NCBI RefSeq assembly: GCF_000143415.4
Contig: NW_003314262.1
Location: 1-13,134 of the forward strand
Source of the DNA: Selaginella moellendorffii
Lineage: Eukaryota > Plantae > Lycopodiophyta
Reading direction: 5' to 3'
Length of the DNA: 13,134 bases
Each line of letters starts with the position of its first letter. The stretch's first letter is position 1. The translations under genes and the position numbers were made by a program. The notes below the pieces were generated by a model, which made no database searches, had not been told where the DNA came from, and saw nothing but the letters and a program-made list of their open reading frames with translations. This document shows positions 1 to 8,840 of this stretch, piece by piece.

Positions 1-80
1 ATTTAGCTTTGAAGAATGTAAAGGTGATGTTTCCAATTTTGAAATTTTGTAAGAAAAAAAAGTTACTCATTTAAAAGACT

Positions 81-106
81 TTTAGCTATACAATTATGTA
101 GCTAAA
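81..106. repeat. 26-bp near-perfect palindrome followed 8 nt later by CTAG (115-118); also at 6069-6094 with CTAG at 6103-6106
   Basis: TTTAGCTATACAATTATGTAGCTAAA in copy A. TTTAGCTATATAATTATGTAGCTAAA in copy B, with a single T/G mismatched pair. Confidence 0.8.
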
Positions 107-443
107 TATGTTTACTAGCAAACCAAAATACCAAATAATATTAGTGTTTATTTTGCTACTGAAGATCAGACCAATTGATTTATATTGTGTTGGTTTTACC
201 AATTGCTTTACTCATCCTCTTGAATAACACTCTCTTTTCATCCTCCTCTTGTGAATACTATTACTATTATTATAAGCATTAGTAACATTCTTCATGGTTG
301 CCTGCAGATGCAGATGCTTGCCTATAGAAACCTGCTGGAGATGGTGGTCTTTCCAAAGCTCATCACTCAAAAGGCTCTTGAAATGCAACAAAAGATGCCA
401 GAATCTCCAAGGATGAGTATTAGAATGGTGCTTTCTTTGCTAA

Positions 444-516
444 GGGGATGTAACTCAGCTGGTAGAGCGTTCTCTTAGCACGCAAGAGGCACCAAGATCG
501 ATACCCAGCATCTCCA
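444..516 (+). pseudogene. tRNA-Ala (anticodon AGC) pseudogene, plant nuclear type
   Basis: 73 nt: GGGGATGTAACTCAGCTGGTAGAGCGTTCTCTTAGCACGCAAGAGGCACCAAGATCGATACCCAGCATCTCCA. The acceptor stem GGGGATG/CATCTCC is intact, with the G3:U70 alanine identity pair and discriminator A. The D loop AGCTGGTA, anticodon loop TT-AGC-AC and T loop ATCGATA are recognisable. The anticodon stem (TTCTC/GCAAG) and T stem (CCAAG/CCCAG) are broken. Confidence 0.92.
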
Positions 517-884
517 AATATGTTCGATTATTGGATTGTTCCAGGCGTTTTGAGCGATTTTACTGGTGTTGACCTCTTGGGGAGCTATGGATGGATGTTA
601 CATCGTGAGACCTAAAAACAGCAATGGATAGACATTTATATTGTGTTTCTTCTTCCCACTTTGTGCACGCTGATGGCTTGTGTCTCTATGAGCTCCATGA
701 CTCGCATTCAATGAGTGCCAAGTTTTCAGAGGTTTGAAAAAGCGAGTAAAAACGTTTGTTCACATCTAGGTTTGGGCGCTCAGTATAAGTCCAACAATCC
801 ACAGCGTCACGAGCTCTCGACTCTACTCGTTTATTTTTTCACTACCTCTTTCTCGCTTGGATTTTTTTCCTGTCGAAGAGGTAA

Positions 885-1433
885 GTCTCTCGCGCTCACG
901 CTGCCCCAACGCTTGCCCGCCGAGCTCAAGCGCCCTGGCATGGCGGCCATCACCGAGCTTCACACTCGCGAGCTCCAGCTCTAGCTCCAGCACATCCAGC
1001 ACACCACCATGGACACCAAGGCCACGAGCCAGCGCCAGCTTTCAAGGTGACACTCCAGTTCGAGCCCCAGCGCCAGCTGCTTTCGTTCACCCTGCTCGTG
1101 GCAACCCTCCTCATCTAGCTCCAGCGCCTGCTATCCTTGATCATGCTCGCCACCACCATCCAGCTCCAGCAGCAGCAGTGTACCATCACCATCACGGTGA
1201 TGGAGCTCCTCTGGTTGTTCACCACCATCACCAGGGTCACCACCATGGAGGACGCCACAATCACCACCACCCACCACCACCATCGTCGCGACGGTCACGA
1301 CGCAGCAGTGGCCACACCAACACCTGCAGCAGTAGTTACAGTGGTTCGGAGGACGCCGTGGTCGCTGCTCCAGCTTCTTCTCTGGGTTTTGGTTGCGATC
1401 TTGGTGCTGCTCACGTGCTTTTTGCTCGTGCGA
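885..1433 (+). pseudogene. His/Ala/Pro-rich protein with C-terminal hydrophobic segment, copy A (two frameshifts, no ATG, stop lost)
   Basis: Frame-joined translation: VSRAHAAPTLARRAQAPWHGGHH..APALAPAHPAHHHGHQGHEPAPA / QGDTPVRAPAPAAFVHP..HHHHGDGAPLVVHHHHQGHHHGGRHNHHH / HHHHRRDGHDAAVATPTPAAVVTVVRRTPWSLLQLLLWVLVAILVLLTCFLLVR. Shifts lie near 1041 and 1270. Confidence 0.6.
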
Positions 1434-1475
1434 TGGATGTTATCTCAAAGGAAGCAGCGCAGTAATGTGATCTTT

Positions 1476-2084
1476 ACACTGCGGCTTGCAACACAGGTTG
1501 TTCAACAGGATGGGACGAAGAACAGGATAGGTTGGTCTACCTCGCAAATTGTGAATACAAAGCCGTATGCATTCGTCGCAAGCAGCCTCGTGGACTGTGG
1601 AACCATCAGAAGTGTTCAGGAGGACAAAGAAACATGACGTTGGTTGCCTGGAACACGAACATGCAAGTCTTCTATCAGATGCAACGAGAAGCTGGCCTGC
1701 CTCCAAACGCTGAGACTTTGCATGGAGCAGCAAGACATCCTTTCCTGGGATATGCTGAGAACAACCTTTGCTCTTTAGTGCTACGAGCAAACCAGCAGCC
1801 AAACGCTCAGACTTTTCATGGTGGCGCTCAAGGCACGTGGCGACTTAGCAGAGAAGAGGCTCCACTCGCAGATCCGGGAGAGAAATCTGGACGGAATCCA
1901 CTACTCACGTGCTCGCTCAGAGTGGAGACATGCCTGCCGCTCGAGAAGTTTTCTACCTCAAGTTCAGAAGTACTCTGGCATCACTGTCACGATGACACAC
2001 TTCTTGCACTACTCATTTGGAGTAACTGAAGAGTGCCCTACGAAGCATGATGGTCATAGGGACTATACTGTTTTCATTAGTTGA
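1476..2084 (+). pseudogene. PLS-class pentatricopeptide repeat (PPR) gene remnant, copy A
   Basis: Ordered motif pieces across frames: EQDRLVY / SQIVNTKPYAFVASSLVD-CGTIRSV (L end, then S motif), RNMTLVAWNTNMQVFYQMQREAGLPPNAETL (P motif), MEQQDILSW / GYAENN, QQPNAQTF / MVALKARGDLAEKRLHSQIRERNLD (L motif), LAQSGDMPAAREVF (S motif), then weaker GITVTMTHF..GVTEE..DYTVF. There is a DNA-level internal repeat CCAAACGCT(G/C)AGACTTT at ~1702 and ~1799. Confidence 0.85.
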
Positions 2085-2461
2085 TAGCTTTTTTGTTTCG
2101 TCTTATAGCTTTCACAAGGTGCTTCATTTATGCAATTCTGTCAAGCTAGTTTAAAATCTCTATCTTCAAGCTGTTTTGAGGAAATGAAACTAGCAATGAA
2201 AAGCTATGGAGACTTTGGAGCTTATCTCCTTACACATGGTAAGTATCTTCTTCTTTGACTTTTTCATCAATAACATGGATGGGAATGGACATACAATTTT
2301 ATTGTGGAGAGGGTATTAGGAGGTGTTACTCATGAAAGTTACTTTTTATTTAGGTGTTTAGGAGTTGCCTGAGAACTAGGAGTGTTGTGTCAGAATGAGG
2401 GAACTCCATCGTATCACTGAAGGCATATGCTCTAATCTCATGGATTTGAAGAGCTTAATCA

Positions 2462-2597
2462 AAATGAGAGAAAAGCTTTTCTCAGGAGCTTGTTGGTAAG
2501 CTTTGTGAGGAAAGAGTGTGATGCAAGGTTGATGGAGCCGTCAATGAAACCCAAACCAATATGGTACCTGAAAACAATAAAAAGGATCTTATGGTGA
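2462..2597 (+). other. Unidentified coding-like fragment shared with 8840-8956
   Basis: NERKAFLRSLLVSFVRKECDARLMEPSMKPKPIWYLK in A versus NERKVYLERLVNFARKECDARLMELSIKPKVRWHLK in B. The family is not recognised and the true frame is uncertain. Confidence 0.35.
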
Positions 2598-5179
2598 AAA
2601 CTATTTGAGAAAATACTTATCTCGTAAATAATTTGCTTGGTTTACTTGATAGTAGTAATAATTTAATTGAGAAATAATGATAAACATATTTATAATTTAT
2701 AAACCAAGAATAGTAATCTAATCAACTATACTAAATGATAGTCAATCATCACCAATAATTGATAGATGCAAATAGTGGAATAGAAAAGAATATACTAGAA
2801 AGTTTTTTCCAAATTTTATAAATTATAAACATGTTCACAAATTATAGAATATCCTAGAATATCCAAGCATATTCAAAGTTTATTCAATACCACTTCAAGT
2901 TCGCTTAAGCAAACCAATTATAGATCTATGGTGTTTGTTCACTTAAACTTACACAAGCTTATTCACAAACCTATTTCATTAACTCATGTACTCATTAATA
3001 TATAGATTTCTTTTCCCAAACTTATATAACTAAACCGGTATAAAAACTTGGGACTTATGTTTTTCCAACATTTTGTTGTAGATTAGATGATATATTCTTT
3101 TTTCAACAATGCCTTGTACAAATATACAAACTTCATAATTACAATTCAAGTTATTTAAATCTTTCTTGATTTCATATTAGTAGAGGAGAAACAACAAATA
3201 TATGAGATTATAAATACTTGGTCAAAGAAAGCAAAGACAATATTCTCAAAGGCAATATAGTTAAAAAGTTAAATACGAACATCAATAAACAATACCATAA
3301 TCACAAGTATATAGATTTCAGTTAAGAAAGTGATATTGTACATGGGAATTTTCACAACATCACAATCAACTAATTCCCAAGTTGCAATTGCATATACTTT
3401 TTTTAATATTAAACTTTGAAAGTCTTTCATCCTTTGCATATTATGGATCTAAATGTTCAACTTGGATTCATCATAATGTTTGAACATAAGGTGAAAAAAA
3501 TAGATATTGGTATTGTAATAAATAACTTAAACAGTTAGTATAAATACTAATTATTGAATATTAAATTAACATATAACCCAAAACCTCTGCCACAAAGATT
3601 AGATGGTGGTAAGTTAAACAGATGTACATATTATTTTCATTACTAAGTTTATTTAAAATATGTGATTAATAAAACTGTTTGCAGCTAAAACCTTAATAAA
3701 ATATTCTTTAGTGTATGAGAATATTTTTGTCAACTCCCTTGGCTCACTATTTACTAGCTCCTTATATTAGCAAATATAGCTATTTGAAAGAGATGCCATT
3801 TTAAGTTCTTTTTTAAACACTACTAAATAATATATACTAAGTTAGATTAGGATTTTCAACACTATCAATGTTTTATGGTTTCATGAGTCACAAAGCATAA
3901 ACAAATTATTAGAATTATCTATAATGGTGGTATAAACATACTTTTACTTAAATGAGAAAGAGTTGCCTTTTCCATTAGGAATAAAGTTTATATGAATGCA
4001 TAGATTAATGTATTTACGTTGAACACCATAATAACCACAAGTGGTTTTGCTAGAGTTTAAAAGGTATACACACTTTACAAGATGCAAATAAGTATTACAA
4101 GTTTATATGTTTATAGTGGGTTGGAGGTAATGTTTATAAAAAATGCAATTCTACAACTACAGACTTCACTGACATAGTGGTTTATTTGTTTTCCACATTT
4201 AAGGATTTTAGTTATTTCTCAAATAAGGAAGTACTTATATTGATCTCTTTCTTAATTCTCTTTCTTTATTCAATGAGTTTTGAAATACCTGTTACGAAAT
4301 GTTAACAATAAATCTTATTGAAATTTACCATATGATATGGCTATCAAAAAAAAATTGCTCTAAATGCATATTTTCAAATGAAACATACTAGAATAACTTG
4401 GTCATCTCTATGCTACAATAAGCCTTTATACACTTTTATATAAAAGGCTAAGCTATAAAAAAAATCAACCTAATTTTGAGGGTTTGGTGGAATGTTTATT
4501 TACTACAACATTGACACAACCTCTTGGTCACAAAGTAATAAAAGTGATGAGATAAACTTTATATGATTTTAGAATTTAATTTGCAGTAAAACCAATTGAG
4601 AACCTTGAAACTATCAAAAGAAAGGAATGAGTAAGTAAGCCCATACAACAGACACATTTGCACTATCTCAAGTATATGTATATAACTATAGAACAAAGAG
4701 GACCAATGTTTTTGAGCAATGAAGAGCCTAGGTGCTTCCAAGTCAAATTAGGAAAGATTCATAGAAATTAGTGAGTTAGATATCGATTTAAAGTAAGTTC
4801 TACAATCAAATGTTTTACTTGGATTGGAGGAATATTATATAGTAAGCAAATTACGATATGAACTTTACATACTCCATTTGATTATTTTTGTAGATAACAA
4901 CAATATAGCAATCCTCCACAATATTGTGATTATTCATGTTGTTATGTCCTATAGAAGTTCTGCTCACATAGTCTATGTAGTGTTAATTATCCAGAAAGTA
5001 AAATATATACTATGTATTTTATTAGTTGAAGAAGGGGTGAAATTGATGAATTTGGAGCGTTGGGCTTTAGTTGAAGCAAACTTTAAATTTGGAAAGAACA
5101 CTTTACAACCACAACCACAAACTCAACTTTAGCACCTTTCTCAAGAAATTCTAAAAATGAGAAAGAATGAATGTGTGAA

Positions 5180-5875
5180 AATTACAAATACATAATCAAA
5201 AGAAGCAAGGCAACATACTCAAAAGCATTACAGTTGAAGGTGGAAGTTAAAAATATCAACATTAAATAACAATACTATCATTACAAGTATATAATTCTCA
5301 ATTATGGAATTGATATTATAAATACAAAGATTTACAATATCACAACAAATTAATTCCCAAGTTGCACTTGCATATGCTTCCTGCAATGTTATACTTTTGG
5401 TAGGTCTTTAATCCCTTACAAACATATGTATTTTATATATTTAATGATTTTTGGGATGGATTAAAATGTTAAAATGTTAATATGAGGAGTTCATAATATT
5501 GAGAAAGAATTAGATATTAGTATTGTATTTGAATTTAAAGTATTTATTATAAAATATTATTTATAAGTTACATATAAGGGCATTTCTTAAAGTTAAACTT
5601 AAATATATTTTACAGTTATAATTAGATATTTAATAATAAAAAATTATTAAATCTTAAAATAATACTTTCTTCTGTAAATTAGCTTACAAGGCAATACCCC
5701 TATTAATTAGGAAATATTTCCACTCATATTTAAATATTATTTAAATTACTAGTTTGTTTAAAATACCTCTTTAATAAAAATATTGCCATAAGAAAATATT
5801 CTTTAGTGTACCAGAATATTTTAAAATTTTATTTTTAATGACTCTTTTTGTTGACCTGGCTCTCTCTATTAGCAA
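5180..5875 (+). repeat. Third, more diverged copy of an AT-rich module also at ~3207-3775 and ~9498-10135
   Basis: Shared ordered motifs such as AAGCAA..CAA.AT.CTCAAA.GCA, TAATTCCCAAGTTGCA.TTGCATAT (first two copies), TAGATATT, AAAATA.TCTTTAGTGTA and TATTAG.AAAT. Confidence 0.85.
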
Positions 5876-6536
5876 ATTGTACATCAACTAGTAAACTTTT
5901 AATGATTAGTTTCTTTGAATTGATCAAGTGTGCCCAATATCTCTAATTTTCTGTTCAGGGGCTATGAGACACCAAAAGCAAATGTGCTTAAACTTTGAAA
6001 GAATGTGAAGGTGACATTTCCAATTTTGAAATTTTGTAAGAAAGAGAAGTTACTCATTTTAAAAGACTTTTAGCTATATAATTATGTAGCTAAATATGTT
6101 TACTAGCAAACCAAAATACCAAATAATATTTGTGTTACTAATAATTATAATAATAATACGTAATATTCACCAGGAGGAGGAGGAACAAGGATAGTGTTTT
6201 TCTTTGCAATGTTATTCAAGAGGATGATTAAAGCAATTGTACCAACGCAATATAAATCAAATTGGTATGATCTGGAATAGCTTTGCAAGGAGTTCCTCTC
6301 GTACACATCAAGCAGCCCATCCTATGGATTCCACACACATCTCTTTTGAGGGTATGCTTCACAAATCCCTCAGCCTTAAACCTGGAGCACTTCATAGGAT
6401 GTTGCCAAAATGAAATTTCATGACCTTGAGTATGTATGTACCATTTCCATGCAGTTGCTTGGCTATAAAAGCTTGCTGGTCCTTCAAAACCTCATCGATA
6501 AGTACTAGAATGGTGAAAAGAAAAGCTTTGGATTTT

Positions 6537-6559
6537 TGGGATCGATACCAGCATCTCCA
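6537..6559 (+). pseudogene. 3' remnant (T arm and acceptor strand) of the tRNA-Ala in copy B
   Basis: TGGGATCGATACCAGCATCTCCA, followed by the same downstream flank (AATATGTTC..) as copy A. The 5' two thirds of the tRNA are missing. Confidence 0.8.
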
Positions 6560-7032
6560 AATATGTTCAATTGTTGGATCGTTCCAGGCGTTTTGACCAA
6601 TTTTACTCTAGACGAGCTGTGGATTAATATCAATATGGAGCTATGTTACACCATGAGAATATCAAAACAGCAATGGATAGATATTTATCTTGTGTTCCTT
6701 TTTCCCACTTTTTTGCAAAAGGAAGTAGTTTGTGCATGCTGATGGCTTGTGTCTCCATGAGCTCCATGACTCACATTCAATGAGTGCCAAGTTTCCAGAG
6801 GTTTGAAAAGCGAGTAAAAAAGTTTCATTCACTACATTAGGATTGAGCCTAAAAAGGAGTTGCCATCAAATTAAAGTTGTTCTCTTTTTGAAATATTTGT
6901 ACCTAGAGCATTTCGTGATTGTGAGATTAAATCGCTGTTCACATCTAGGTTTGGGCTCTTTGGCATGCTCAAGCCCGATGTATCTTTGCTGACAATCCAC
7001 AGCGTCACCAGCTGTTTTTTTTTTCACAAAGC

Positions 7033-7132
7033 NNNNNNNNNNNNNNNNNNNNNNNNNNNNNNNNNNNNNNNNNNNNNNNNNNNNNNNNNNNNNNNNNNNN
7101 NNNNNNNNNNNNNNNNNNNNNNNNNNNNNNNN
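7033..7132. other. Assembly gap (exactly 100 N, probably a placeholder of unknown size)
   Basis: N run. Confidence 0.99.
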
Positions 7133-7196
7133 AGTCCAGGGTTAGGTTATAATCTTTCTCGCTTGGATTTTTCTATTGTCGAAGCTCTCGTCAGGT

Positions 7197-7770
7197 ATGG
7201 TCTCTCGCGCTCACGCCGCCCCAATGCTTGCCCGCCGAGCTCAAGCGCCCTGGCATGGCGGCCACCACCAAGCTTCACACCCACGAGCTCCAGCTCTAGC
7301 TCCAGCACATCCAGCACACCACCATGGACGCCAAGGCCACGAGCCAGCGCCAGCTTTAGCTCCAGTTCTTCCAAGGTGACGCTCCAGATCGAGCCCCAGC
7401 GCCAGCTGCTTTCGTTCACCCTGCTCACGGCCACCCTGCTCATCTAGCTCCAGCGCCTGCTATCCTCGATCATGCTCGCCACCACCATCCAGCTCCAGCA
7501 GCAGCAGTGTACCATCATCATCACGGTGATGGAGCTCCTCTGGTTGTTCACCACCATCACCATGGTCACCACCATGGAGGACGCCACAACCACCACCACC
7601 ACCACCACCACCACCATCGTCGCGACGGTCACGACGCAGCAGTGGCCACACCAACACCCGCAGCAGTAGTTACAGTGGTTCGGAGGACGCCGTGGTCGCT
7701 GCTCCAGCTTCTTCTCTGGATTTTGGTTGCGATCTTGGTGCTGCTCGCGTGCTTTCTGCTCGTGCGATGA
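7197..7770 (+). pseudogene. His/Ala/Pro-rich protein with C-terminal hydrophobic segment, copy B (~190 codons, single +1 frameshift near 7371)
   Basis: ATG at 7197 opens MVSRAHAAPMLARRAQAPWHGGHHQASHPRAPALAPAHPAHHHGRQGHEPAPALAPVL. The frame from 7372 continues QGDAPDRAPAPAAFVHPAHGHPAHLAPAPAILDHARHHHPAPAAAVYHHHHGDGAPLVVHHHHHGHHHGGRHNHHHHHHHHHRRDGHDAAVATPTPAAVVTVVRRTPWSLLQLLLWILVAILVLLACFLLVR to a TGA at 7768-7770. Confidence 0.65.
7591..7617 (+). repeat. (CAC)8CAT trinucleotide microsatellite (poly-His); shorter and interrupted by +1 C in copy A (~1262-1283)
   Basis: Direct reading of the sequence. Confidence 0.95.
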
Positions 7771-7808
7771 TGTTATCTCGAAGGAAGCAGCGCAGTAATG
7801 TGATCTTT

Positions 7809-8396
7809 CAGGATCCGGGTCGGCAGATCGAAGTTGTGGTGGACGATCCTCCAACTGAGAAGAAACAGCTGGAAGCTCACACTCGTGGTTCGCACAGCAA
7901 TGGCACTATAGGATTCTCCTCAAAGTGTCCTGCAAACACTGGCAGTGACGCGTAACTCAGCACAGTGCATGCGTTGTCACATGGAAGATTGTTTACAAAC
8001 AATCTTCAAGGAGATGAAGTTGCAGAGCAAGAAGACAGCAGGCTCTTGCTCACGGACAGTGAAGATCACATACGAGGGTCAACTACCAGACTTGGAAGTT
8101 ATTGCACAGCTGGCTCGGAACATGGACTGGAAAATAGAGCAAGAACCTACCAAGTTTCGATTTGACTGAGCTATCCTCTAGAGGCAAACGTTAGTGCACC
8201 TCCAAAGGCCAGAGAAGTTGCTTGAGACGAAAGGTTTGAGAAAAGGTAACGTACTACTTTTGCTCTCTGTTCTTGCAGGCGCTCAAATCTCAATTTCGAT
8301 GAGAAGAAGCAGTGCAGGGCATAGCAGCCAGATAAGTTTCACCAGAGTCAAGCCGGGAATCAAGCAAGTGCAATTGTGATAGTATGGTCGAAGTCT
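7809..8396 (+). other. 588-bp segment present only in copy B; contains an unidentified coding-like fragment and splice-acceptor-like sites
   Basis: Copy A reads GATCTTT|ACACTGCGG (1475/1476), whereas copy B has 7809-8396 between these. The segment has moderate GC and short open frames (e.g. ..RTVKITYEGQLPDLEVIAQLARNMDWKIEQEPTKF). TCTTTCAG|G at 7811 and CTCTGTTCTTGCAG|G at 8278 resemble plant 3' splice sites. I do not recognise the family. Confidence 0.6.
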
Positions 8397-8840
8397 ACAC
8401 TGCGGCTTGCAACACAGGTTGTTCAACAGGATGGGACGAAGAACAGGATAGGTTGGTCTACCTCGCAAATTGTGAATACAAAGCCGTATGCATTCGTCCC
8501 AAGCAGCCTCGTGGACTGTGGAACCATCAGAAGTGTTCAGGAGGACAAAGAAACACGACGTTGGTTGCCTGGAACACGAACATGCACGTCTTCTATCAGA
8601 TGCAATGAGAAGCTGGCCTGCCTCCAAACGCTGAGACTTTGCATGGAGCAGCAAAACATCGTTTCCTGGGATATGCTGAGAACAACCTTTGCTCTTGAGT
8701 GCTATGAGCAAGCCAGCAGCCAAACGCTCAGACTTTCATGGTGGCGCTCAAGGCACACAGCGACTTAGCAGAGAAGAGGCTCCACTCACAAATCTGGGAG
8801 AGAAATCTGGATGGAATCCACTACTCAGCATGCTTGCTCA
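8384..8840 (+). pseudogene. PLS-class PPR gene remnant, copy B (3' part deleted)
   Basis: FVPSSLVD-CGTI, LVAWNT..VFYQMQ*EAGLPPNAETL (in-frame TGA), MEQQNIVSW / GYAENN / ALECYEQ / QQPNAQTFMVALKAHSDLAEKRLHSQIWERNLD. Confidence 0.85.

Larger units (their letters stand above)
1..4641 (+). repeat. Copy A of a ~6 kb direct (tandem) mosaic repeat unit, portion alignable to copy B; begins upstream of the window
   Basis: Collinear blocks match copy B: 29-148 vs ~6016-6136, 497-750 vs 6541-6820, 885-1475 vs 7200-7808, 1476-1919 vs 8397-8840, 2462-2575 vs 8840-8947, ~2680-4641 vs ~9037-10971. The last shared motif is GAGTAAGTAAGCC, ending at 4641 and 10971. Confidence 0.95.

Noticed and set aside
2845-2864. 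TAGAATATCC x2 as a heat-shock element
   Set aside because: TCC replaces the required TTC, and the motif is degraded in copy B. Most simply a 10-bp slippage duplication.
4559-5132. ORFs 4559-4741 and 4824-5132 (also 251-478, 6536-6742, 9601-9822)
   Set aside because: AT-rich or non-ATG-initiated chance frames with no recognisable motifs, not preserved as ORFs in the paralogous copies where those exist.
7147-7854. Alternative-frame ORFs over the His-rich region (poly-Ser, poly-Thr, poly-Val, poly-Gly, ELELEL; also 857-1465 and 1137-1637 as whole genes)
   Set aside because: Shadow frames of GC-rich CAC/GCTCCA repeats. The copy A ORFs switch composition exactly at indels relative to copy B.
7945-8169. 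CMRCHMEDC as a possible heavy-metal-associated (HMA) or heme-binding CxxCH motif
   Set aside because: Spacing does not match the HMA MxCxxC motif, and there is no supporting domain context in a fragmentary frame.
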